A stretch of DNA of 45,744 bases from Bacillota bacterium (lineage in GTDB: Bacteria; Bacillota_I; Bacilli_A; Acholeplasmatales; Acholeplasmataceae), in the NCBI GenBank assembly GCA_023431045.1, contig JAEYXZ010000094.1, positions 1-45,744 of the forward strand, given 5' to 3'. The notes under the pieces are model-generated. The model saw only the letters and a program-made list of their open reading frames with translations, did no database searches and was not told the DNA's origin. The translations under genes were made by a program, and so were the position numbers. Numbering within the stretch: position 1 is the first letter of the stretch; every line of letters begins with the position of its first letter. Positions 38,988 through 45,744 of this stretch are shown here, one piece after another.

Positions 38988-39876
38988 CTTCGATATCCTC
39001 CGTGTTTATGTTACCTTCATTGTACAAATCATCGATTGTTTTGGAAATAGCGTTATCAAAGATCCTTTGTGAGAAGATGAAAGTATCCGTTTTTTCGAAA
39101 GTTTCCTGGTCTAATTCTTGATTGTAAAGTTTTTTGTAAACTTTTTTAACAGATATAAACCATTGAAATTGAACTTCAAGATCATCATAAGATACATCTT
39201 TGATGTTATTGAGTGACATGGCCAATATTGGTATAGCAAAAATCGAGAAAAAGAGATTTTGATATCTTGTACTGTATTTTAAGCGATCATATTGACGGTA
39301 TGTATGCTGTGGTAATTTGATAATGATTTTATAGTTTTGATACGTAAATTCAGCTCCATCATCTGGATTATCTATTTTTGGAACTACGACAAATATGGAA
39401 CTTATTTTGTCATCTTTATCTATATCATGAATGATGTCGATTGAATAGCCATCGTCATATGCAATGATGTCATATTTATCTATGTCAAAATGTGTTCCGT
39501 TATAATCTGATACAAAATCCATATCATAGTAGTCATGGATATCTTCAGCAGCCACTGCAAATGAAGTAATATGTAATTTACCATTAAGTTGCTTTTTGTT
39601 AATCTCGAAGTTGATCGGATCAGTTTTCAGTTGCAAAATTTTGCGATAAAGGGTATTTGAACACTCAAAATGAACAAAAACGTTAATTTTTCCTGAATTG
39701 ACCAAAGTTCTGAATTGTTCATTATTTGTTGTGAATTGAATGTTTTCAAATCGAATCTTATGTTTTGCATCAATTTTATCTTGCTCAAAATCAAGTTGAT
39801 AAAATGATTCCTCATAATCTTGGTGAGGTGTTTTCTTTAATACGGGATATGGAAATAATCTCTTACTCAATAGCAT
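38974..39876 (-). CDS. Uncharacterised 300-aa partner of the GHKL ATPase
   Basis: FPYPVL, VHFECSNTLYR; 14-nt overlaps with both neighbours. Confidence 0.75.
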   Translation of the reverse strand: MLLSKRLFPYPVLKKTPHQDYEESFYQLDFEQDKIDAKHKIRFENIQFTTNNEQFRTLVNSGKINVFVHFECSNTLYRKILQLKTDPINFEINKKQLNGKLHITSFAVAAEDIHDYYDMDFVSDYNGTHFDIDKYDIIAYDDGYSIDIIHDIDKDDKISSIFVVVPKIDNPDDGAEFTYQNYKIIIKLPQHTYRQYDRLKYSTRYQNLFFSIFAIPILAMSLNNIKDVSYDDLEVQFQWFISVKKVYKKLYNQELDQETFEKTDTFIFSQRIFDNAISKTIDDLYNEGNINTEDIEDEED

Positions 39877-41749
39877 ATAGACTTACCTCTGCAGAAAATT
39901 TTTCGTCAAAGTTGGTTCTAAATTCAAAAGTATAACTTTTTCCGTTTTCAAGACTAAAATGGATATTCCCGCTTTTTATTTCATGTTGAACACTTGTCTT
40001 AACATCAAGAAATTCGAGTTTCCGTTTATTGTTCATATCATCTAAAGCAAAGATACTCATCATGCATTTTTCTTCATCTATAGGCGATTTAACGATAATT
40101 GTATATGTCTTTGTTTTTTTATCAGCAATAAAAAATCGATATAAAATTCCCGTTAATTTTGTTGCATTGAAAATGATTTCTTCTCCAAAAAGTGATTTCC
40201 CATCTGTAAGAGGGTCATGATTATGACCTTGGTGTCCACCATTTTCTCCATAGTGTTTACCTTCACCTTCTTCATCATTCTTACCTGTGTCGATTTCTAA
40301 GCCTTCTTGATCATTACTCTCAAGATAACCTATTGTCAACTGTGATTTGTTAGTTTTTAACTTCGAGGTATGGGTCTTTTCTACTTCGTCAGCTTCACCG
40401 CTTGCATTTTCTCCAGTATCAGGCAGATAGTCACCAGCTCCTTCAATATCTGATTCTTGATGGTCTGATATCAGGAGATATGCCTTAATCTCCTCAGCAA
40501 TCATTTTTTTGAGACTTTTTATTATTTCATCAACAATCTTTTTTTGATCTTTATCCTTAATACGATTGAGCTCCCAATCTGTGTGTTGTGGATTTTCAAT
40601 CTTACGTAAGGTTTGATTGAGTATATTATCTTCAATGATACACATTGCTGAGTGGGGGATATATGTTAAGTTATCAAAACTTTTAATTTTCATGTATGGG
40701 TATCTTATCATTAAACAACTATTGGTTGCATTCGATACCTCTTGATGATTATAACCTTTAATCATGAGTTCAACATTTCCATAGTCTTCTAACTGCATAA
40801 CTTTCGAATAAACTTTTTTTGATGTTAATAATTCAAATTGAGCTTGAATCATTTTGAGATCCTTACTTCGAATAAATGTTTTCTTATTAATGATATGCTC
40901 AATTGTTAATGAATTTATTTCTTGTTTATTTACTGTAACAATCAAATGATTTCTAACAATAGCAACCATAAAACTCTCAAGAACTTTCGAAATAACCAAT
41001 GATTCCCAATTGTTATAGTCGAATCCTAAAATGTAAACATCTGTTCCGAACTCATCATCATTACGATGAAACCTAGTGTCTAATTCAAATGATTCTAAAA
41101 TAGGTTGATTCTTATCATTTAAAGAATAGTATCCATTGCCAGACGTTTTCTCTTCTGGGTTTGTCAAAGAATGCGTAGATGCAAATTTCGCAATTCCTTG
41201 ATAACCAACCTCACCATCTTGCGTTCTAGTTGCGTAGAAGACAGTATTAAACGAACTCGCAACGAATGTCGAAAATTTACCAATACCTTTCGACCCACCA
41301 GTTGTTCCTTCTTTAAGTGATATACCGGAACCTTTTGTCAATAAATACCATGGTTTGTCACTACTTAAAGATTCTGAAACACCAATCAAGCCAGTTGTAT
41401 TAAAGTCACTTATTCTAAGACAAGATATCCTATTTTTTGAAATAGCTTGTGACATACTCTCAAGTTCGTTTTTAATGTTTGTTGAGTGAGACCAATAACT
41501 TTTACATGAGTCTATTTCACATTTTAATCTTTCAATCCCAGGTATTTTATTCGCATCAACAGAAAACAGAGAGAATTCAATCTTCACTGGTATGCTTTTG
41601 TCTCTTCTTGCATCAATTGAGTTTTGACATATTTCTCTTGCTAACGATGAAATGGGATCCTTTTTAAAGGTTTCCATGTCGGCAGTATCCAACCCCTTTT
41701 CTACATCAAAATTATTTGATGGAAACCGCCACTTGTATTCATTTGGCAT
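39863..41749 (-). CDS. GHKL (HSP90/MORC/sacsin-like) ATPase
   Basis: REICQNSIDA (N box), ISDFNTTGL (G1), GGSKGIGK (G2), GTDV (G3); start moved to ATG 41749 after GGAGG. Confidence 0.85.
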   Translation of the reverse strand: MPNEYKWRFPSNNFDVEKGLDTADMETFKKDPISSLAREICQNSIDARRDKSIPVKIEFSLFSVDANKIPGIERLKCEIDSCKSYWSHSTNIKNELESMSQAISKNRISCLRISDFNTTGLIGVSESLSSDKPWYLLTKGSGISLKEGTTGGSKGIGKFSTFVASSFNTVFYATRTQDGEVGYQGIAKFASTHSLTNPEEKTSGNGYYSLNDKNQPILESFELDTRFHRNDDEFGTDVYILGFDYNNWESLVISKVLESFMVAIVRNHLIVTVNKQEINSLTIEHIINKKTFIRSKDLKMIQAQFELLTSKKVYSKVMQLEDYGNVELMIKGYNHQEVSNATNSCLMIRYPYMKIKSFDNLTYIPHSAMCIIEDNILNQTLRKIENPQHTDWELNRIKDKDQKKIVDEIIKSLKKMIAEEIKAYLLISDHQESDIEGAGDYLPDTGENASGEADEVEKTHTSKLKTNKSQLTIGYLESNDQEGLEIDTGKNDEEGEGKHYGENGGHQGHNHDPLTDGKSLFGEEIIFNATKLTGILYRFFIADKKTKTYTIIVKSPIDEEKCMMSIFALDDMNNKRKLEFLDVKTSVQHEIKSGNIHFSLENGKSYTFEFRTNFDEKFSAEVSLYAIE

Positions 41750-41767
41750 TTGTATCCTCCCCAATTT

Positions 41768-41986
41768 CTATAATTTAAATTTTTTTGGGATTTTAGAGTC
41801 ACTAAAAAAAGACTTCTTTTGATTGTTTAGTTCTTGATCAATTGCATCAAATACAGCTTTGATTTCATCATCTGTATACTCATAAAAAGACTTGTTTTTC
41901 AAATTGCCAAGTGATTGGATCATATCTATAATTTTGTTTGTTCTATTCTCAGCAATTCTTTTAAAGTTTTCTTTTCTTTGGCTCAT
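41768..41986 (-). CDS. Small helical protein leading operon A
   Basis: FKRIAENRTNKI...LGNL...YEYT.DE; GAGG RBS; consensus promoter upstream. Confidence 0.8.
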   Translation of the reverse strand: MSQRKENFKRIAENRTNKIIDMIQSLGNLKNKSFYEYTDDEIKAVFDAIDQELNNQKKSFFSDSKIPKKFKL

Positions 41987-42004
41987 GATGAATACCTCAC
42001 CATC

Positions 42005-42033
42005 ATTATAACGAATGTTAAATATAATGTCAA
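42005..42033 (-). promoter_or_regulatory. Perfect consensus sigma-A promoter for operon A
   Basis: TTGACA-17 nt-TATAAT. Confidence 0.85.
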
Positions 42034-42136
42034 TATTTCAATAATATTTATAGTATATTATAAATGGTATCACCTGTAAATATTAGTTTACTTCAAGTAG
42101 GGTTATTGGTATTAATTCACTCCCTCTATCCGTTTT

Positions 42137-42174
42137 AAATAAACCTCCTCACAAAATACGAAGAGGTTTATTTT
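42137..42174. terminator. Inverted repeat / possible bidirectional terminator
   Basis: AAATAAACCTC...GAGGTTTATTT. Confidence 0.5.
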
Positions 42175-42316
42175 CATTTAAAACTGAACTGATACCAAAA
42201 ACCTGTACTTTGATACAATATAAGTGTATGCAGGAGGGATCACATGAGTCTTTAGTCACATTAATAATAAATAATTTAAAGTCTTGAAAATAGGGAGTAA
42301 TTCCCCTTTCTGTATG

Positions 42317-42348
42317 AAAAAAAGGTCCGATACTATTGTATCAAACCT
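42317..42348 (-). terminator. Intrinsic terminator of the tRNA operon
   Basis: AGGTTTGATAC-AATA-GTATCGGACCT plus U tract. Confidence 0.8.
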
Positions 42349-42360
42349 ATGCTTGTTATA

Positions 42361-42445
42361 TGGTGCGGGTGACAGGACTTGAACCTGCATGCCGTAAAGC
42401 GCTAGATCCTAAGTCTAGTGCGTCTGCCAATTTCGCCACACCCGC
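42361..42445 (-). tRNA. tRNA-Leu(TAG)
   Basis: Cloverleaf, CTAGA-CTTAGGA-TCTAG anticodon arm, long variable arm, encoded CCA. Confidence 0.97.
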
Positions 42446-42446
42446 A

Positions 42447-42520
42447 TGGTGGGGCTAGTAGGATTTGAACCTACGGTGACAGGGTCAGAACCTGCTGCCT
42501 TGCCGCTTGGCTATAGCCCT
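42447..42520 (-). tRNA. tRNA-Gln(CTG)
   Basis: GCAGG-TTCTGAC-CCTGT anticodon arm, GGTTCAAATCC T arm, CCA. Confidence 0.93.
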
Positions 42521-42542
42521 ACTAAAAGCTATTATAAAAAGA

Positions 42543-42617
42543 TGGCAGGCCCAGCGTGGATTGAACACGCGAATGAAGGAGTCAAAGTCCTTTGCCTTAC
42601 CGCTTGGCTATGGGCCT
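42543..42617 (-). tRNA. tRNA-Gln(TTG)
   Basis: AAGGA-CTTTGAC-TCCTT anticodon arm, CCA. Confidence 0.95.
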
Positions 42618-42633
42618 GTTTGCTTCTTTGGAT

Positions 42634-42710
42634 TGGGGCGGATAAAGGGAGTTGAACCCTCCAGTGTCGGAGCCACAATCCGATGCGTTAACCGCTTCGC
42701 CATATCCGCC
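42634..42710 (-). tRNA. tRNA-His(GTG)
   Basis: TCGGA-TTGTGGC-TCCGA anticodon arm, G-1/C73, CCA. Confidence 0.96.
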
Positions 42711-42728
42711 ATCCTCAGCGCAAGTATG

Positions 42729-42756
42729 ATTATACCAAAAATTTATCATTTGTAAA
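42729..42756 (-). promoter_or_regulatory. tRNA operon promoter
   Basis: TTTACA-16 nt-TATAAT with extended -10 TG. Confidence 0.7.
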
Positions 42757-42830
42757 GTTGAAAAAAGAAAATAATGGTTTTTCTTTGTGAAACAAAAAAT
42801 ATTTGGTATGATATTTAAGAAAGGACATTG

Positions 42831-43901
42831 ATGAAAATGCTTAAATGGATTGGTCGTATCTTATATGTCGTATTTATATTTATAATAATTAGTACTGTAG
42901 AACTTGGTTCCGGTGGAGTTCAAGGACTACAAAGAGGGGATTATGCTGTTGCTCATGTTGTCTCTGCAAAGGATGATGATGGCAATTATGATCCACATAA
43001 AGCTTTAGCTCATTTTACATCTGCAATTAATATTTATTACTCAAATCAAGTAATCGGAAGTTTCACAACAGTTGGAGATGCAACCCTTGATGATCAGTAT
43101 GAAGTTGGTTTTGAATTATATCCCTTTGTTTCATTAATGAAACATAGTGAAATTGATATTTGGTTTGATGGTTTCTTCTTCGTCTTAACAGACTATAATG
43201 AAGATGCTGTGAACTATAGAGTTGAGATTTCTGCGGTTAATACTTCTGTTGAAGATGGTGATCGTATTATCTTAACGAATGATGACTTAACACGTGCTGG
43301 CATGATTTATTTAATGCCTGATGATTTTTTCCAAAACTCTCGTCCAGCTTTAGTCACCTACATTGAGAATTCTTCTTTCTACCAAAAAGACCCAGATAAA
43401 GAAACAGCAACATCATTTGAGTATGATATCGTCTCAATTAGTATGTATGTTACCCTTCCAACTGAAGTTGAAGGTGAAACAAAAGAAACTTATATCTATC
43501 GTATTACAGATCAGTCAGAAGCATTTGCTGGTTCTCCACTTGTTGAAGATGCTGCAATCCTTGATTTAAAGGCGGAAGATTACAATCTTTCTAAGTTAAT
43601 TGGTGTAGGAACTCCAACAGATGAAGAAGTCACACAATATAATCTAGTTGATACATATCACCCCGCTGATTTCTCACCTTATGTTTATTGGTACTTTATT
43701 ATCTATGGTGGATACTTTGTCTTAATTATTGTGATTCCTTACTTCTGGTTCTTCCATCGCCGTGTAATGGCTAAGATTAGAGCTAAGAAAGACTTAAAAA
43801 ACAAAGAAGATATAGCAAACCAACGTGTTCAAGAAGGTAAGCAAATAACTGAAAATGAACAAATCTTTAGTGATATAGAACCAAAGGGCGACGATAAATA
43901 A
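42831..43901 (+). CDS. Membrane protein (N- and C-terminal TM helices, acidic extracellular domain)
   Basis: Two hydrophobic segments; AAGGA RBS; followed by a terminator hairpin. Confidence 0.8.
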   Translation: MKMLKWIGRILYVVFIFIIISTVELGSGGVQGLQRGDYAVAHVVSAKDDDGNYDPHKALAHFTSAINIYYSNQVIGSFTTVGDATLDDQYEVGFELYPFVSLMKHSEIDIWFDGFFFVLTDYNEDAVNYRVEISAVNTSVEDGDRIILTNDDLTRAGMIYLMPDDFFQNSRPALVTYIENSSFYQKDPDKETATSFEYDIVSISMYVTLPTEVEGETKETYIYRITDQSEAFAGSPLVEDAAILDLKAEDYNLSKLIGVGTPTDEEVTQYNLVDTYHPADFSPYVYWYFIIYGGYFVLIIVIPYFWFFHRRVMAKIRAKKDLKNKEDIANQRVQEGKQITENEQIFSDIEPKGDDK

Positions 43902-43915
43902 TCGTCCCCTTTTTT
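43883..43915 (+). terminator. Intrinsic terminator
   Basis: AAGGGCGACGAT-AAATA-ATCGTCCCCTT plus T tract. Confidence 0.75.
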
Positions 43916-43920
43916 CTCTA

Positions 43921-43949
43921 TTGAAAATGGTTTTTTGTTATGCTATACT
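43921..43949 (+). promoter_or_regulatory. tRNA-Trp promoter
   Basis: TTGAAA-17 nt-TATACT with extended -10 TG. Confidence 0.7.
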
Positions 43950-43961
43950 ATAAAGGCGCGT

Positions 43962-44036
43962 GGGGGCATGGTGTCAACGGTAGCACACCGGTCTCCAAAA
44001 CCGTTTGAGAGAGTTCGAATCTTTCTGCCCCCGCCA
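43962..44036 (+). tRNA. tRNA-Trp(CCA)
   Basis: GGGGGCA acceptor stem, CTCCAAA anticodon loop, GTTCGAATC, CCA. Confidence 0.95.
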
Positions 44037-44050
44037 TTTATAAAAATAAT

Positions 44051-44077
44051 ACCAGTCATGACTATGGCTGGTTTTTT
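44051..44077 (+). terminator. Intrinsic terminator after tRNA-Trp
   Basis: ACCAGTCAT-GACT-ATGGCTGGT plus T tract. Confidence 0.75.
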
Positions 44078-44103
44078 AATGTTTGAATGATACAAAGATT
44101 TAT

Positions 44104-44592
44104 TTATCTAATACTAAGTTGTTCGGATTCATTGATATAAACATGGAATTCGCGTGCAGAATAATTAGTAAATAATACGCCACCTATATAGTATTCTGGT
44201 TCGTGATTTAAATCGTAATCAACTAAGTCATCCCATACTTCTACAACAACACACTTTCCATAAGTACCATAGTACTCTGTAATCCTAATATCAGCTAATG
44301 TTGCGTCTTTGATATTCTTCTGTAAATTATGTAGATAAATCAATCCAATTTGATGAATTGTATCTACACTCAATGTATTTGGTATTCTTGGTTTTGGGGT
44401 ATACTCATCACGTGGTACTGTACCATTATAGTAAAAAGAAATTGCTTCTAAATCTGAAACTGATAGTAATTCTTGACTATATGCTTCATCTAAACTTAAA
44501 AAATCTCTACTCGGTGTTTTATCATTCTTACAACTACACACCAATAAAATTATACTAAATACAATAGCAATCCCTAATATTTTCTTTATCAT
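44104..44592 (-). CDS. Hypothetical lipoprotein
   Basis: MIKK signal peptide with VCSC lipobox; YYGTYG motif. Confidence 0.75.
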   Translation of the reverse strand: MIKKILGIAIVFSIILLVCSCKNDKTPSRDFLSLDEAYSQELLSVSDLEAISFYYNGTVPRDEYTPKPRIPNTLSVDTIHQIGLIYLHNLQKNIKDATLADIRITEYYGTYGKCVVVEVWDDLVDYDLNHEPEYYIGGVLFTNYSAREFHVYINESEQLSIR

Positions 44593-44704
44593 ATAACTCT
44601 CATTACTTCCTTTTCATATAAAGTCTAAATCAACCAAATATATTGATCAAACAAATTTGCAAATGAAAACATCAACAAAGTTATAAGATACCATGCAGCA
44701 TCTT

Positions 44705-45744
44705 TTATTTTCCGCTATCTCCATAATTTTTTAAGACTCTTGCTGATGGATCTTTAACATCTTCTAAACCTTTCCAGGTTTGATTTGGCATCCAAAAACC
44801 TGAAATCAAATGTGCATGATTTTTATAGTGTTTCTCAAAGATTTCACGGTATAAAAGAGATTCTTTTGAAATCGGTAGGTTTACTTTATATTGCTTCACC
44901 TTTATTGCGTACAAATCATCCGTATAAAGGTTTTCTGCATAGTTTTTAAGTTCATCTACCATTGAGTGACCTACGGCGTCTGAAAAGGCTGCTTTTTGAC
45001 GCCATAGAATATGATCTGGTAAGATGTTATCTTCATCAAATGCTTTTCTGATTAAATACTTGCCCATATTGTAGGTATTCATCTTTAATCTAGGATTTAT
45101 AGATAGTACATATTTTGCAAATGACAAATCTGCAAATGGAACTCTCGCTTCTAGTGAATGATAAGCGAGTGTGCGATCAGCTCTTAAGACATCATATAAA
45201 TAGAGTTCTTTGATTCTTTTAATGGATTCATCTTGGAATGATTTTTCATCCGGTGCAAAATCAGTATATTTATAACCAAAGAGCTCATCTGAAACCTCAC
45301 CTGTGAGTAAGACCTTAATGTTAGTATTTTCTCTAATATATTTAGCAACTAAGAACATTCCAATACTTGCTCGAATAGTTGTTATATCGTATGACTCAAG
45401 TGCGATAATGACTTCTTCTAAAGCATTTAAAACATCCTTTTTAGTCATAATGACTTCATGATGAATTGAACCAATATGATTAGCTACATCTTTAGCATAC
45501 TTTAAATCAATCGCGTCAACGTCCATACCAATTGAAAAAGTTTGAATGGGTTTATTTAAGTGTTTTGCTGCAACTGCGCAAACTAAAGATGAATCAAGTC
45601 CACCAGAAAGTAAAAATCCAAGTGGTGCATCTGCGTGGAGTCTATTGATAATTCCATCAGTTAATAATGCTTTTAGCTTAGGAAGAATTTCTTCAATGGT
45701 ATCAGTTGATTCTTGTTGGTCGTAAAGATCCGTAAATGAAACAA
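44705..45744 (-). CDS. asnB: Asparagine synthase (glutamine-hydrolysing), 5' end outside the window
   Basis: Frame extends upstream of the ORF call through LSGGLDSS; TGEVSDELFGY, RADR, LEARVPF, WRQKAAFSD. Confidence 0.93.
   Translation of the reverse strand, partial: VSFTDLYDQQESTDTIEEILPKLKALLTDGIINRLHADAPLGFLLSGGLDSSLVCAVAAKHLNKPIQTFSIGMDVDAIDLKYAKDVANHIGSIHHEVIMTKKDVLNALEEVIIALESYDITTIRASIGMFLVAKYIRENTNIKVLLTGEVSDELFGYKYTDFAPDEKSFQDESIKRIKELYLYDVLRADRTLAYHSLEARVPFADLSFAKYVLSINPRLKMNTYNMGKYLIRKAFDEDNILPDHILWRQKAAFSDAVGHSMVDELKNYAENLYTDDLYAIKVKQYKVNLPISKESLLYREIFEKHYKNHAHLISGFWMPNQTWKGLEDVKDPSARVLKNYGDSGK

Noticed and set aside
32126..41986. Assignment to Mza, DISARM, BREX or a DpnII-type RM system
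   Set aside because: No Z1, DrmA/B, PglZ/PglX or DpnII endonuclease recognisable.
42446..42755. Two plus-strand ORFs
   Set aside because: Antisense to tRNA genes.

Overview
Low-GC chromosome segment using the standard genetic code (UGA = stop, tRNA-Trp CCA). Gene content suggests an Acholeplasmatales-type Mollicute or close Bacillota relative (inference). The left ~9 kb is core: rplK-rplA-rplJ-rplL-ybxB-like MTase-rpoB-rpoC (rpoC partial), with L1 and L10 autoregulatory leaders. RpoC has an unusual ~155-aa N-terminal extension with two alpha-CTD-like repeats. From 9 to 17 kb are accessory genes (VOC dioxygenase, lipoprotein, DUF1697, YwaF-like, non-canonical ClC) and two IS256-like terminal relics. 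A ~26-kb all-minus-strand putative defence island (~16.2-42.0 kb) lies downstream of a His-Gln-Gln-Leu tRNA operon. It holds two tightly coupled operons I cannot match to a named system. (A) small protein, GHKL ATPase, unknown, DUF6339-like, Dam-type MTase, stand-alone winged helix, AIPR-HRDC, RQC-HelD-like helicase. (B) HTH, giant coiled-coil Upf1-like SF1 helicase, HEPN-motif protein, coiled-coil/DUF2997-like protein, single-active-ring ClpB-like ATPase, orphan NrdG-like radical SAM, followed by a collagen/trypsin/LRR lipoprotein and a PD-(D/E)XK nuclease. Operon B is the best candidate for an undescribed system. The right end holds a membrane protein, tRNA-Trp, a lipoprotein and partial asnB. 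All domain calls are by-eye motif recognition; no database searches were run.
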